A stretch of DNA of 64,000 bases, taken from assembly GCA_046263195.1 (NCBI GenBank), contig JBHELG010000039.1:4906-68905 (forward strand), given 5' to 3'. Both the position numbers and the translations under genes were made by a program. A model generated the notes under the pieces. That model was not told the origin of the DNA. It made no database searches and saw nothing but the letters and a program-made list of their open reading frames with translations. How positions within the stretch are numbered: the first letter of the stretch is position 1; each line of letters begins with the position of its first letter. Origin of the DNA: Nitriliruptorales bacterium. Lineage in GTDB: Bacteria > Actinomycetota > Nitriliruptoria > Nitriliruptorales > JAHWKO01. Below are positions 27,038 through 35,826 of the stretch, in pieces.

Positions 27038-27601
27038 TCAGCGTCCGGGAATCCAGAGGCGGGAGGAGGCCGAGGAGGGCCGTTCCGACCTCTGGGCGGC
27101 GTCCTGACCCGCCGGCCGCGTCGTCTGCTCCCCACCGGGAGACACTGCCTCGGGCGGCAGGTCACCGCTCTCCTGCGCGGGTAGCTTTCCTTCGGCACGC
27201 AGCTTCGCGAGCTCTGATTCGGCTTCGACCTGCCCGAGACGCAGCTGATTGAGCGCCTGCTGCATCTGCTGCTTGAGACGATCCTCCACGTGGGGACCAC
27301 CCATGTCCGCCACGGTGGCCGCGACGTCGATGAGTAGCCGCGCGTCACGGCGACCGAGCTTGACCTCGGCGGCACTGGCGAGCAGCGAGAACGCCTGGGC
27401 GATGATGTCACCAATACCCGCCTGGCGCAGTTGTGCGAGGTAGGCGCGGACCTCGTCCTCACTGGGCTGGCGGGACTGCCCGCTCCCGGGAGCATCCCCC
27501 GGGGAGGCGGGGGTGTCCCCCGCCATGCCCGGCATCTGCCCGCCCGGCCCGGCCCCTCCGGGGCCAGGGGTGTCCCACTCCATACGCTGACTCTCACTCA
27601 T
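27038..27601 (-). CDS. DUF1844-like protein
   Basis: Core IIAQAFSLLASAAEVKLG matches my memory of DUF1844 proteins encoded next to infC in Streptomyces. Low-complexity G/P-rich N-terminus. SD GGGAGA lies upstream. Confidence 0.6.
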   Translation of the reverse strand: MSESQRMEWDTPGPGGAGPGGQMPGMAGDTPASPGDAPGSGQSRQPSEDEVRAYLAQLRQAGIGDIIAQAFSLLASAAEVKLGRRDARLLIDVAATVADMGGPHVEDRLKQQMQQALNQLRLGQVEAESELAKLRAEGKLPAQESGDLPPEAVSPGGEQTTRPAGQDAAQRSERPSSASSRLWIPGR

Positions 27602-27673
27602 GTCATTCTCCCGCGCGGTCCAGCGGCGGCGGATCGTGGACCGATCGTTCCTGCGACCCTCTCCGGCCAGTGG

Positions 27674-27985
27674 CTAGCCGCTGGCGGCAGGCTCCTCCTC
27701 GGCAGGAACGGCGGCGCCCACCTCCTCCTCGTGGGGCTCGTGGCCCCCTACGCCCTCTCGGATGTCGTGCGCGTACTCGTACTGAGCCTCACTCTCCCCG
27801 AAGGTCGAGAATCTGTAGGCATGAAAGGTCACGACGGCTCCGAGGATGAGGCCGATGGCAAGCCCGATCAGCACGCCCATCGACGAGCCGGTGACACCCG
27901 GGCCCTTTTCCGCTCCCAGTGCGGGCAGCGCTGTGAGCGCGAGAACGATGAAGGCGCTGAACAGCGCCGTGACGGCACGAGACAT
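27674..27985 (-). CDS. small membrane protein (103 aa), hypothetical
   Basis: Trimmed to ATG at 27985 (GAGGAGG 6 nt upstream). Signal-like N-terminus, one further TM segment and an acidic tail. Confidence 0.45.
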   Translation of the reverse strand: MSRAVTALFSAFIVLALTALPALGAEKGPGVTGSSMGVLIGLAIGLILGAVVTFHAYRFSTFGESEAQYEYAHDIREGVGGHEPHEEEVGAAVPAEEEPAASG

Positions 27986-28116
27986 CGACGACCTCCTCGA
28001 ACTCTTTCCGCTGATCGTAGCGGGGCCCCGAGGCGAACCATGGGCGGGAGTACGCCCGGACGGGCTGACGGCTGAGAGACTTCGATTCCGCATCCGTGGC
28101 GACGTGAGGAAGCAGC

Positions 28117-29007
28117 TCAGGGGACGATCTTCGTGATGGGAATCTCGAGTATGCCCGTGGCCCCCCGGGACTTCAGTTCGGGGATGAGACGGTTCACGCC
28201 AGGCTTGTCGACGACCGTCTCGACCGCGTAGCCGTCCTCATCAGCAAGCTGGTTGATGGTCGGCGCCTTCAGGCTGGGCAGGACGGCAAGCACCTGCGGC
28301 AGGTTCTCCGCGGTGACGTTGAGCTTGAGCAGTACCCGGCCGCGAGCATCGATCGCTCCCAGTAGGAGGGTGCGGATGTCCCGCATCGCCTCCCGCTTGT
28401 CGCGATCCTGATAGGAGTCGAGGTTGGCGATGAGCTCGGTGCGGGAGACGAGCAGTTCCCCGATGATCTTCAAGCCGCTCTTGCGCAGGGTCGAACCGGT
28501 TTCGGTGACATCCACACAGGCGTCGACGATGCTGCCCACCTTCGCCTCGGTGGCACCGTAAGAGAGGAAGATCTTGGCCTTCTTGCCCCGCTCCTCGAAG
28601 AAGCGACGCGTCAGCTCGGGGAGTTCGGTGGAGATCTTCACGCCATCTGGCAGGTCGTCGACCGACGTCCACTCGGCGCTGTGGGGCACGGCAAGCACGA
28701 CCCGGATCGGGTTCGCGGTCGCCTTCGAGTACGCCAGCTCGGCGAGCGTCTCGACGCGAGCAGAGGTCTCCTCGATCCAGTCACGGCCCGTCACGCCGAT
28801 GTCGAAGAAACCTTCTTCGACGTAACGGGGGATCTCCTGGGGCCGAAGGATCGCGACCTCGTCGACGCGTGGATCGTCTATGCGTCCGAAGTAGTCGCGG
28901 TCGCTCGGGCGGTGGACTTTCAAGTCCGCGTCCTCGAACAGCTTGAGGGTCGCGACCTCGAGCGACCCCTTCGGGATGACGAGCTTCAGCACATCAGTCA
29001 CTCCCAC
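28117..29007 (-). CDS. hisG: ATP phosphoribosyltransferase (long form)
   Basis: LKLVIPKGSL..., FDIGVTGRDW and the C-terminal regulatory domain are present. The true start may be GTG at 28992. Confidence 0.88.
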   Translation of the reverse strand: MGVTDVLKLVIPKGSLEVATLKLFEDADLKVHRPSDRDYFGRIDDPRVDEVAILRPQEIPRYVEEGFFDIGVTGRDWIEETSARVETLAELAYSKATANPIRVVLAVPHSAEWTSVDDLPDGVKISTELPELTRRFFEERGKKAKIFLSYGATEAKVGSIVDACVDVTETGSTLRKSGLKIIGELLVSRTELIANLDSYQDRDKREAMRDIRTLLLGAIDARGRVLLKLNVTAENLPQVLAVLPSLKAPTINQLADEDGYAVETVVDKPGVNRLIPELKSRGATGILEIPITKIVP

Positions 29008-29061
29008 CCGCCCGCGCCCCCGGCGCGGCCCGCAATCACCTCCGCCCGCGCCTGACGTGTC

Positions 29062-29532
29062 TCACGGCTTCAGGTCGCGCAACAGGTTGGCGGTTTCCAA
29101 CGCCGACAGGGCCGCCTCGGCCCCCTTGTTGCCGAGCTTGCCGCCGGCCCGCTCCACCGCCTGCTCCCAGGTGTCGGTGGTGAGCACGCCGAGTCCGATG
29201 GGGACCCCCGCTTCGCGGGCGACCACCGCGATCCCGGCAATCGCTTCGCCTGCGACGTACTCGAAATGCGGGGTCGCTCCGCGCACCACAGCGGCGAGGG
29301 CCACGAGCGCGTCGAAGCGACCACTTTCCGCAAGCCTGCGGAGCACGACCGGGATCTCGAAGGACCCCGGCACCCGAAAGACGTGCAGGTCCGAGGGATC
29401 GGCGCCATGTCGGATGAGGGCGTCGATCGCTCCGGCGAGGAGCCGCTCGACGACGGCCTCATTGAAACGGGCGGCCACGAGGCCGATCTGCAGGCCTTCG
29501 GGGTCGAGCGTGGCACGCCTCTCGTCGCGCAC
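29062..29532 (-). CDS. ribH: 6,7-dimethyl-8-ribityllumazine synthase
   Basis: 156 aa with VPGSFEIP and GTPHFEYV-type motifs; rib operon context. Confidence 0.93.
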   Translation of the reverse strand: MRDERRATLDPEGLQIGLVAARFNEAVVERLLAGAIDALIRHGADPSDLHVFRVPGSFEIPVVLRRLAESGRFDALVALAAVVRGATPHFEYVAGEAIAGIAVVAREAGVPIGLGVLTTDTWEQAVERAGGKLGNKGAEAALSALETANLLRDLKP

Positions 29533-29533
29533 C

Positions 29534-31129
29534 TCAACGCTCCTCGGAGACGGCGGGATCAGGGACAGCTGGGGTCACCCCGGGCCCCGGGGCAAACGCG
29601 AGACCGTCGCAGACGACCCGGGATGGGCTCATGGGGCCCGGGCTGGTCGGGGTGAACAGGAACTCGGACTGGCGGGCGAGATCACCGACACCGGTCGAGT
29701 CGACCCTTCGCTCGTCAGCGATGGTGAAGACGTGTCCGAGCTTCTCCTGCTTCGTCGCGAGATAGAGAGCGTTGGCTGGGTTCGAGCGCACCTGGAGCGG
29801 TACGCGGTCGACGATCTCCAGACCGAATTCTGCGATGCCAGCCCGCTTCGCGGGGTTGTTCGTCAGTAGTCGCAGCGTCGAGAGCCCTAGGTCGGCGAGG
29901 ATCATCGCGGCGGTGCCGTAGCTGCGCGAGTCGGCGGGGAGGCCCAGGGCGAGGTTCGCGTCGACGGTGTCGCTGCCGTCGTCCTGGAGTTGGTAGGCCT
30001 GGAGCTTGTGGATGAGGCCGATGCCCCGTCCCTCGTGACCTCGCAGGTAGACCACGACACCGCGGCCTTCTTCGGCGATGCTCGCCATCGCAAGATCGAG
30101 CTGGGCACCGCAGTCGCAGCGCCGCGACCGGAAAACGTCCCCGGTCAGACACTCGGAGTGGACCCGCACGAGCACGTTGCGTGCGCCTTCGGTGTCGCCG
30201 TACGCGAGGGCGAGATGGTGTAGGCCGTCGACGAGCGATTCGTAACCGATCACCCGCCAGCTGCCGTAAGGGGTGGGAAGATGGGTCTCGGCGACGCGAC
30301 GAATTGTCCCGCCGGCGGTCTTGACTGTCCCCGCCCTCCGGGCCTGTGGCCCTCCCCCGGACAAGCCAAGACCGCCTTCCCGCCCAGGATCTGTCCCGCC
30401 GGCGGTCTTGGGCAAGCCAAGACCGCCTTCCCGCCCGGGCACGAGCCGCTCGCAACGGCGGCGGTAGGCGATGATGTCCGCGATGGAGATGAGCGGGAGA
30501 CGGTGCCGGTCGGCGAACTCCCTCAGCTCGGGAAGGCGGGCCATGGTGCCGTCGTCACCCATGATCTCGCAGATGACTCCCGCAGGATAGAGACCGGCGA
30601 GACGAGCCAGGTCGACGGCGGCTTCGGTGTGGCCGGGGCGCCGCAGGACTCCCCCCTCCGTGTAGCGGAGGGGGAAGACGTGGCCGGGGCGGCGGAAGTC
30701 GTTCGCAGCGGCCTCGGGGCTGAGCAAGCGCGCGATGGTGTGGGCCCGGTCGTAGGCGCTGATCCCGGTCGAGCGCGGGACGTCGAGGTCGATGGAGACC
30801 GTGAAGTTCGTGTCGGTGCTGGCGCTCGGGGAGGCGACCATGGGCCCGATGTCGAGTTCTTCGAGTCGTTTGGCGACGATCGCCACACAGATGAGGCCGC
30901 GGCCGAACCTCGCCATGAAGTTGACCGCTTCGGGTGTGATCTTCTCGGCGGCGATGACGAGGTCACCCTCGTTCTCGCGTTCGGCGTCATCGACGACGAT
31001 CACCATGCCGCCCTCGGCGATCCTGGCGCGTGCCTGCCCGATCGGGGCGTGCGGGAGCTCAGCCACCACGTCCGTCACCTCCGCCTGTGAGGTCGCCGCC
31101 GGCGCTCCCAGAGGCGTACGCCGCTCCAC
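29534..31129 (-). CDS. ribBA: bifunctional 3,4-dihydroxy-2-butanone-4-phosphate synthase / GTP cyclohydrolase II, with a repeat-derived linker insertion and a C-terminal extension
   Basis: [11 protein letters not shown] (RibB) and [18 protein letters not shown] (RibA). 531 aa, against the roughly 400-425 aa usual for this enzyme. The start is uncertain because the ORF overlaps the ribE 3' end by 71 nt; GTG at 31066 or 31069 is possible. Confidence 0.9.
   Translation of the reverse strand: MERRTPLGAPAATSQAEVTDVVAELPHAPIGQARARIAEGGMVIVVDDAERENEGDLVIAAEKITPEAVNFMARFGRGLICVAIVAKRLEELDIGPMVASPSASTDTNFTVSIDLDVPRSTGISAYDRAHTIARLLSPEAAANDFRRPGHVFPLRYTEGGVLRRPGHTEAAVDLARLAGLYPAGVICEIMGDDGTMARLPELREFADRHRLPLISIADIIAYRRRCERLVPGREGGLGLPKTAGGTDPGREGGLGLSGGGPQARRAGTVKTAGGTIRRVAETHLPTPYGSWRVIGYESLVDGLHHLALAYGDTEGARNVLVRVHSECLTGDVFRSRRCDCGAQLDLAMASIAEEGRGVVVYLRGHEGRGIGLIHKLQAYQLQDDGSDTVDANLALGLPADSRSYGTAAMILADLGLSTLRLLTNNPAKRAGIAEFGLEIVDRVPLQVRSNPANALYLATKQEKLGHVFTIADERRVDSTGVGDLARQSEFLFTPTSPGPMSPSRVVCDGLAFAPGPGVTPAVPDPAVSEER
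30302..30440. repeat. hairpin-repeat family A: long copy (30302-30386) plus short copy (30388-30438) in tandem inside ribBA
   Basis: AATTGTCCCGCCGGCGGTCTTGACTGTCCCCGCCCTCCGGGCCTGTGGCCCTCCCCCGGACAAGCCAAGACCGCCTTCCCGCCCAGG followed by GATCTGTCCCGCCGGCGGTCTTGGGCAAGCCAAGACCGCCTTCCCGCCCGGG. Confidence 0.75.
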
Positions 31130-31727
31130 CCGCCGTCCGACGGAGAAGCTCCTGGAGATATTTCGCCACGACGTCGGCTTCGAGGTTCACCCGGTCACCG
31201 ATCGCCAGCCCCCCCAGGGTAGTGATCGCGCAGGTGTGCGGAACGAGGCCGACTCGGAAGGTCGCCGCGCTCGGATCGGTGTCGGCCACGGTCAGGCTGA
31301 CGCCCTGTAGGGCCACGGAGCCCCTCGGGACGAGGTAGGGGGCGACGGTCGCAGGCGCGGCGAGCGTGAGCAGGACGGTGCCCGGGTGCTCCTCGCGTCC
31401 CACGACCGTCCCGACTCCGTCGACGTGCCCCTGCACGAGGTGCCCGCCGAACCTTCCGTCGGCTCGTAGAGGCCGTTCGAGGTTGACAGGATCGTCGTCA
31501 CAGAGGTCTCCCAGCACGGTGGTCCGAAGTGTGTCGAGCATGAGGTCGGCTTCGAACCCGTTGGAGGTGAGCTTGGCGACAGTCAAGCAGCAGCCGTCGA
31601 CAGCGATCGAGGCGCCCATTTCCATACCGGCCAGGACCTGCACGCATGTGACGCCGAGGCGGGCGTGGCTCGCTGCTCGCTCGAGGCCGGTGACCCTCCC
31701 CACCTCTTCCACGATCCCCGTGAACAT
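31059..31727 (-). CDS. ribE: riboflavin synthase
   Basis: [13 protein letters not shown]-terminus and internal two-barrel duplication. Confidence 0.92.
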   Translation of the reverse strand: MFTGIVEEVGRVTGLERAASHARLGVTCVQVLAGMEMGASIAVDGCCLTVAKLTSNGFEADLMLDTLRTTVLGDLCDDDPVNLERPLRADGRFGGHLVQGHVDGVGTVVGREEHPGTVLLTLAAPATVAPYLVPRGSVALQGVSLTVADTDPSAATFRVGLVPHTCAITTLGGLAIGDRVNLEADVVAKYLQELLRRTAGGAAYASGSAGGDLTGGGDGRGG

Positions 31728-31735
31728 CTCGCCTC

Positions 31736-32860
31736 CTACCGGCCAACGTCGGCAGAGGCGGCGGGTTGGAGCGGCGGTTGCGGGCGGGCGACGATCACGA
31801 GGTCGCCTCCGAGCCGGTCCACCGAGTCAAGCCGCCACGTCCAGCGCTCGGCCAGCGAACGTGCGCCGGGGCCTGCGATGCTCGCGACACCGTCACCCCC
31901 GATCAGGGCGGGTGCCACATGCAGAACGAGGCGGTCAACCAGGTTCCCGCGTACGAGCGCCCCGGCGAGGGTGGGTCCGCCTTCCGCCAGCATCGCCTGG
32001 ACGTCGCGCTCGGCGCAGGCCTGCAGTGCGGCCGTGAGGTCCACACCGCCGCCCGCTGCGGGTGCGACAGTAACGACATCGACACCGCGTTCGGCCATGG
32101 CTCGGCGCCACTCCGGCTTGGACTGCGTCGTCGTGACAGCTATCGCCCCCGGACGAGCCGCCTTGGCGTTGGCAGGAATACGCCCACGCGCGTCGAGCAG
32201 GACGGGTCGGGGCTGGACCGGCGGCGCCGGTACGTGACGAACGGTCAATTCGGGGTCGTCGCCGAGCACCGTTCCCGAGCCCACCATGACCGCATCCATC
32301 CTCGCCCGGAGCGAATGAACGGCCGAACGTGCCTCGGACGAGCTGATCCACCGACTGGAGCCGTCGCGTGCGGCAGCCCGCCCATCGAGGGTCTGGGCGA
32401 GCTTGAGGGTCACGAACGGCCGACCCGTGCGGTGGAAGTGGACGAAGACCTCGTTCTGCTGTGATGCCTCGTCCGCCATCAGTCCACCGCTCACCGTGAG
32501 CCCGGCCGCACGAAGTCGTTCGGCGCCTCCTCGCGCGTGGGCGGTGGGCTCGGTCAGGGCATAGACCACGCGAGCTACACCGGCGTCGATGAGCGCGTCG
32601 GCGCACGGCCCGGTGCGCCCGTGATGAGCGCATGGTTCGAGGGTGACGTAGGCCGTGGTACCCCTCGCCCGTCCTCGAGCCGTCCCCAGCGCGACGATCT
32701 CCGCGTGTGGACCTCCTGCCCGTTCGTGCCAACCCTCGCCGACGACCGCGCCTTGATGGACGAGCACGCACCCGACCAGCGGGTTCGGTCGCACAGTGGC
32801 CCGACCGCGCTCGGCGAGTTCAAGCGCCCTGCGCATATGAACCTCGTCGAGCGCAGCCAC
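31736..32860 (-). CDS. ribD: bifunctional diaminohydroxyphosphoribosylaminopyrimidine deaminase / 5-amino-6-(5-phosphoribosylamino)uracil reductase
   Basis: ORF trimmed to GTG at 32860 (or ATG at 32836). HAEIVAL and PCAHHGRTGPC deaminase motifs. The removed 5' part overlaps rsmB. Confidence 0.9.
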   Translation of the reverse strand: MAALDEVHMRRALELAERGRATVRPNPLVGCVLVHQGAVVGEGWHERAGGPHAEIVALGTARGRARGTTAYVTLEPCAHHGRTGPCADALIDAGVARVVYALTEPTAHARGGAERLRAAGLTVSGGLMADEASQQNEVFVHFHRTGRPFVTLKLAQTLDGRAAARDGSSRWISSSEARSAVHSLRARMDAVMVGSGTVLGDDPELTVRHVPAPPVQPRPVLLDARGRIPANAKAARPGAIAVTTTQSKPEWRRAMAERGVDVVTVAPAAGGGVDLTAALQACAERDVQAMLAEGGPTLAGALVRGNLVDRLVLHVAPALIGGDGVASIAGPGARSLAERWTWRLDSVDRLGGDLVIVARPQPPLQPAASADVGR

Positions 32861-32927
32861 CTCAGGTCCTCGATCTTGCCGTCGACGTGTATCCGGGAGA
32901 GCTTTGCAATGGGGCTGACCGCCGCCG

Positions 32928-34256
32928 TCACCACTTCCGCCGTAGAGTGGCATGGTACATGGCGTCGGTACCGTCTCGGTGGGGCCAACGCTGCACCTCC
33001 TCGACGAGGACGAAGCGGGCGTCGCGCTCGAGGAAGCCGGCCACGATCGCCGTCGTCTCCGGCTGCGTCCAGGTGCAGGCCGCATACGTGACATGACCAC
33101 CGGGGCGGGTGCGTTCCCCGCCGGCTGCGAGGAGCCGACGCTGGAGACGGGCGAGCTCGTACGCGTCATTCTGCGTGCGGCGCCAGCGGACCTCGGGACG
33201 GCGGCGCCCGGTACCGAACCCTGTGCAGGGGGCGTCGACGAGCACGACGTCGAAGCTTCCCTCCACCGGCGGGTCGGTCCCGTCCCCGACCCGCACGTCG
33301 GCCGCGACACCGAGTTTCGCCGCGGCTGCCCTGACGAGCTCGGCGCGGTGCGGGTGCAGCTCCACGGCGACGACCTGGCCCTCGGGGCCGGCGAGGGTGG
33401 CGAGATGAGTCGTCTTCCCACCGGGCCCGGCGCACAGGTCGAGGACGCGGTCGCCGTCTTGGACCCGCGTGGCATGCACGACGAGCATGGAGGCTTCGTC
33501 CTGGGGCACGGCCCGACCCTCCGCGACCGCAGCCAGCCGGCGCGGATCGGCCCCCTGCGCCCGGACCGCCTCCGGCGCGTGCCTTCCCGGCAAGGCCTCG
33601 ACCCCGCTGGCGCGCAGCTCCGACAGGAGCTCGTCTCGGTCGCCTACTGCTCGCAGCGTGAGACCCGGCGGGATGTTGTCGCCCTCGAGCGCCGCCCGCG
33701 CCTCGTCGCGACCCAGACGCTCGACAAGCTCGGCGGTCAGCCAGGAAGGGTGGGCGGTCGTGAGCGCGAGACTGCCGACGGGATCGGTCGCCGGCTCAGG
33801 CCAGTCCAGGCCCTTGCTGACCCGGCGGGAGAGAGCGCGCAGCACTCCGTTCACGAAGGCGGCGGCGCGCCGGGAACGGGGGTTCGGCACCACCTCCCGG
33901 GCAAGGTGGACCGCGGTCGCCACCGCCGCAGCGGGTGGCACCTCGGTTCGGAGCAGTTGAAGCGCCCCGAGCCGCAGCAGGCGTCGCAGCGGCGGCTCGA
34001 CAGCGTCGAGCGGACGATCAAGGACCTGCTCGAGTGCCCAGTCGAGCGTTCCCTCCCAGCGCAAGGTGTCGTAGGCGAGGTGGCTCGCGAAGGACCGGTC
34101 ACGAGCGTCGCGCAGCCGGCTGACAGCTGCAGGGACGGCAAGGTTGCTGTAGGCGCCTTCCTCGTCGACAGCCCGCAGCGCGACGAGCGCCGCTCGTCGC
34201 GCGGGCAGACCGGGCCCCGACGTCTCCCCCCGACGGGCGACGAGGTCCTCAACCAC
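32928..34256 (-). CDS. rsmB: 16S rRNA (cytosine-C5)-methyltransferase RsmB/Sun-like
   Basis: NusB-like N-terminus, DLCAGPGGKT SAM motif, DAPCTGFGT and YAACTW. Confidence 0.85.
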   Translation of the reverse strand: MVEDLVARRGETSGPGLPARRAALVALRAVDEEGAYSNLAVPAAVSRLRDARDRSFASHLAYDTLRWEGTLDWALEQVLDRPLDAVEPPLRRLLRLGALQLLRTEVPPAAAVATAVHLAREVVPNPRSRRAAAFVNGVLRALSRRVSKGLDWPEPATDPVGSLALTTAHPSWLTAELVERLGRDEARAALEGDNIPPGLTLRAVGDRDELLSELRASGVEALPGRHAPEAVRAQGADPRRLAAVAEGRAVPQDEASMLVVHATRVQDGDRVLDLCAGPGGKTTHLATLAGPEGQVVAVELHPHRAELVRAAAAKLGVAADVRVGDGTDPPVEGSFDVVLVDAPCTGFGTGRRRPEVRWRRTQNDAYELARLQRRLLAAGGERTRPGGHVTYAACTWTQPETTAIVAGFLERDARFVLVEEVQRWPHRDGTDAMYHATLRRKW

Positions 34257-35169
34257 CCAAGACCTCCCCAGGCTCTGGCCGGTAACCGCGGACGAACGCC
34301 GCCCCTGACATGGCCGGCCGTCCTTCCGGTTGCAGCTCGGTCAGGATGACGGCCCCCTCGCCGGTGCCCACGACCGGTCCCTGGTGATCCTCTCCCACGA
34401 ACTGGCTGGGCATCCCCTCGAAGTCGGTGACGCGCGCGCGCCAGACCTTCAGCCGGCGACCGCGAAAGACGGTGTGCGCACCGGGCGCCGGGTTGGCGCT
34501 GCGTACGAGGCGCACGACCTCAGTCGCGGAAGACTTCCAGTCGATGGCCACGTCCTCGGAGGCGACTTTCCGGGCCAGGGTGACCCCCTCGGCTGGCTGA
34601 GGCACGGGCTGCTCGCCGGCGACGAGACGACGAAGGCTGTCGAGCAGGACAGGGGCACCGAGCCGTGCCAGCCGGGCGAGCAGCTCTCCGGCCGTCTCTT
34701 CCGGTCCGATCTCGACCTTCATCTGCTCGAGGACCGGCCCGGTGTCCATGCCCTCATCGAGCACGAAGGTCGTCACGCCGGTGACCTGGTCCCCCGCTCG
34801 TATGGCGTGTTGGACGGGAGCCGCACCGCGCCAGCGGGGCAGCAGCGAGAAGTGGAGGTTGACGAACCCGTGACGTACCGCGGCGAGCACGGCGGGAGGC
34901 AGGAGCGCCCCGTAGGCCACCACGGCGGCGGCTTCGAGGTCGAGCGCCTCCAGCCGGGGAGCAATCTCGGCCGCCCGCATCGGCTGGCAGACCGGCAGGT
35001 CGAGGTCGTGGGCGACCACCTTCACGGGCGGCGGAACCGGACGGCGAGAACGACCGCGTGGGCGGTCGGGGTTCGTGACGACGACGGCCACTTCGACATC
35101 CTCGGCTGCGGCGAGCGTCTGAAGCGCGGGCTCGGCTACGTCGGGCGTGCCGAAGAAGGCGATCCGCAC
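34249..35169 (-). CDS. fmt: methionyl-tRNA formyltransferase
   Basis: MRIAFFGTP... and HFSLLPRWRGAAP. Confidence 0.93.
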   Translation of the reverse strand: MRIAFFGTPDVAEPALQTLAAAEDVEVAVVVTNPDRPRGRSRRPVPPPVKVVAHDLDLPVCQPMRAAEIAPRLEALDLEAAAVVAYGALLPPAVLAAVRHGFVNLHFSLLPRWRGAAPVQHAIRAGDQVTGVTTFVLDEGMDTGPVLEQMKVEIGPEETAGELLARLARLGAPVLLDSLRRLVAGEQPVPQPAEGVTLARKVASEDVAIDWKSSATEVVRLVRSANPAPGAHTVFRGRRLKVWRARVTDFEGMPSQFVGEDHQGPVVGTGEGAVILTELQPEGRPAMSGAAFVRGYRPEPGEVLGG

Positions 35170-35188
35170 GAGTCAACCTCTGGTGCCG

Positions 35189-35725
35189 TCAGAGCCGTAG
35201 GCCGGCACTGGGCTCGGACAGATCGTCGAGACCGCGCTCGAGGCTGTGCTCGCGCATGCGCTTGAGCGCCTCCTTGCGGTCGTGCTTCGCGAGGTGGTCG
35301 ATGAAGAGCACGCCGTTGAGGTGATCGATCTCGTGGAGGAACACCCGGGCCAGGAGTCCCTCAGCGTCCGTGAGCTGCTCGTCGCCGGACCCGTCCTGGT
35401 GTCGCACCCTCACCCAAATCGGCCGCTCAAGAGGGTAGAACAGGCCGGGAAACGACAGGCAGCCCTCCTCGCCCTCCTGAAGTTCCTCGGAAGCGTCCTC
35501 GACGACCGGGTTGCAGACCGTGCCGTGGCGATCCTTGACCTCCCAGGTGAACAGGCGTTTCAGCACTCCCACCTGATTGGCGGCGAGGCCGCCGCCGCCG
35601 GCCTCGCGCATGGTTTCGAACATGTCGTCGGCAAGCCGCCGCAGACGTGCATCGAAGGAGGTCACCTCCCGCGCACGCTGCCGAAGCACAGGGTCGCCGA
35701 AAAGGCGGATGTCGAGGATGGCCAC
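35189..35725 (-). CDS. def: peptide deformylase
   Basis: Trimmed to GTG at 35725. Motifs GLAANQVG, EGCLSFPG and HEIDHLNG. Confidence 0.9.
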   Translation of the reverse strand: MAILDIRLFGDPVLRQRAREVTSFDARLRRLADDMFETMREAGGGGLAANQVGVLKRLFTWEVKDRHGTVCNPVVEDASEELQEGEEGCLSFPGLFYPLERPIWVRVRHQDGSGDEQLTDAEGLLARVFLHEIDHLNGVLFIDHLAKHDRKEALKRMREHSLERGLDDLSEPSAGLRL

Positions 35726-35826
35726 GAGACACCCTGACCGGTCGGGGACGATGCGCCCCAGGGTACGCGACAGCCGACAAGCGCGGGCCAGGTCAACGAG
35801 TCGTGCCGCCCGTCGTGATCTGGGCC

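Noticed and set aside
30302-30440. Intein or other self-splicing protein element in ribBA, priA or argC
   Set aside because: The inserts are only about 15-46 aa, far shorter than mini-inteins. They lack the Cys/Ser/Thr N-terminal and His-Asn C-terminal splice motifs.
32861-32927. Expected FMN riboswitch upstream of the rib operon (ribD)
   Set aside because: Only 67 nt separate rsmB from ribD, and I see no FMN-element core sequence. The rib genes appear to be co-transcribed with upstream genes.
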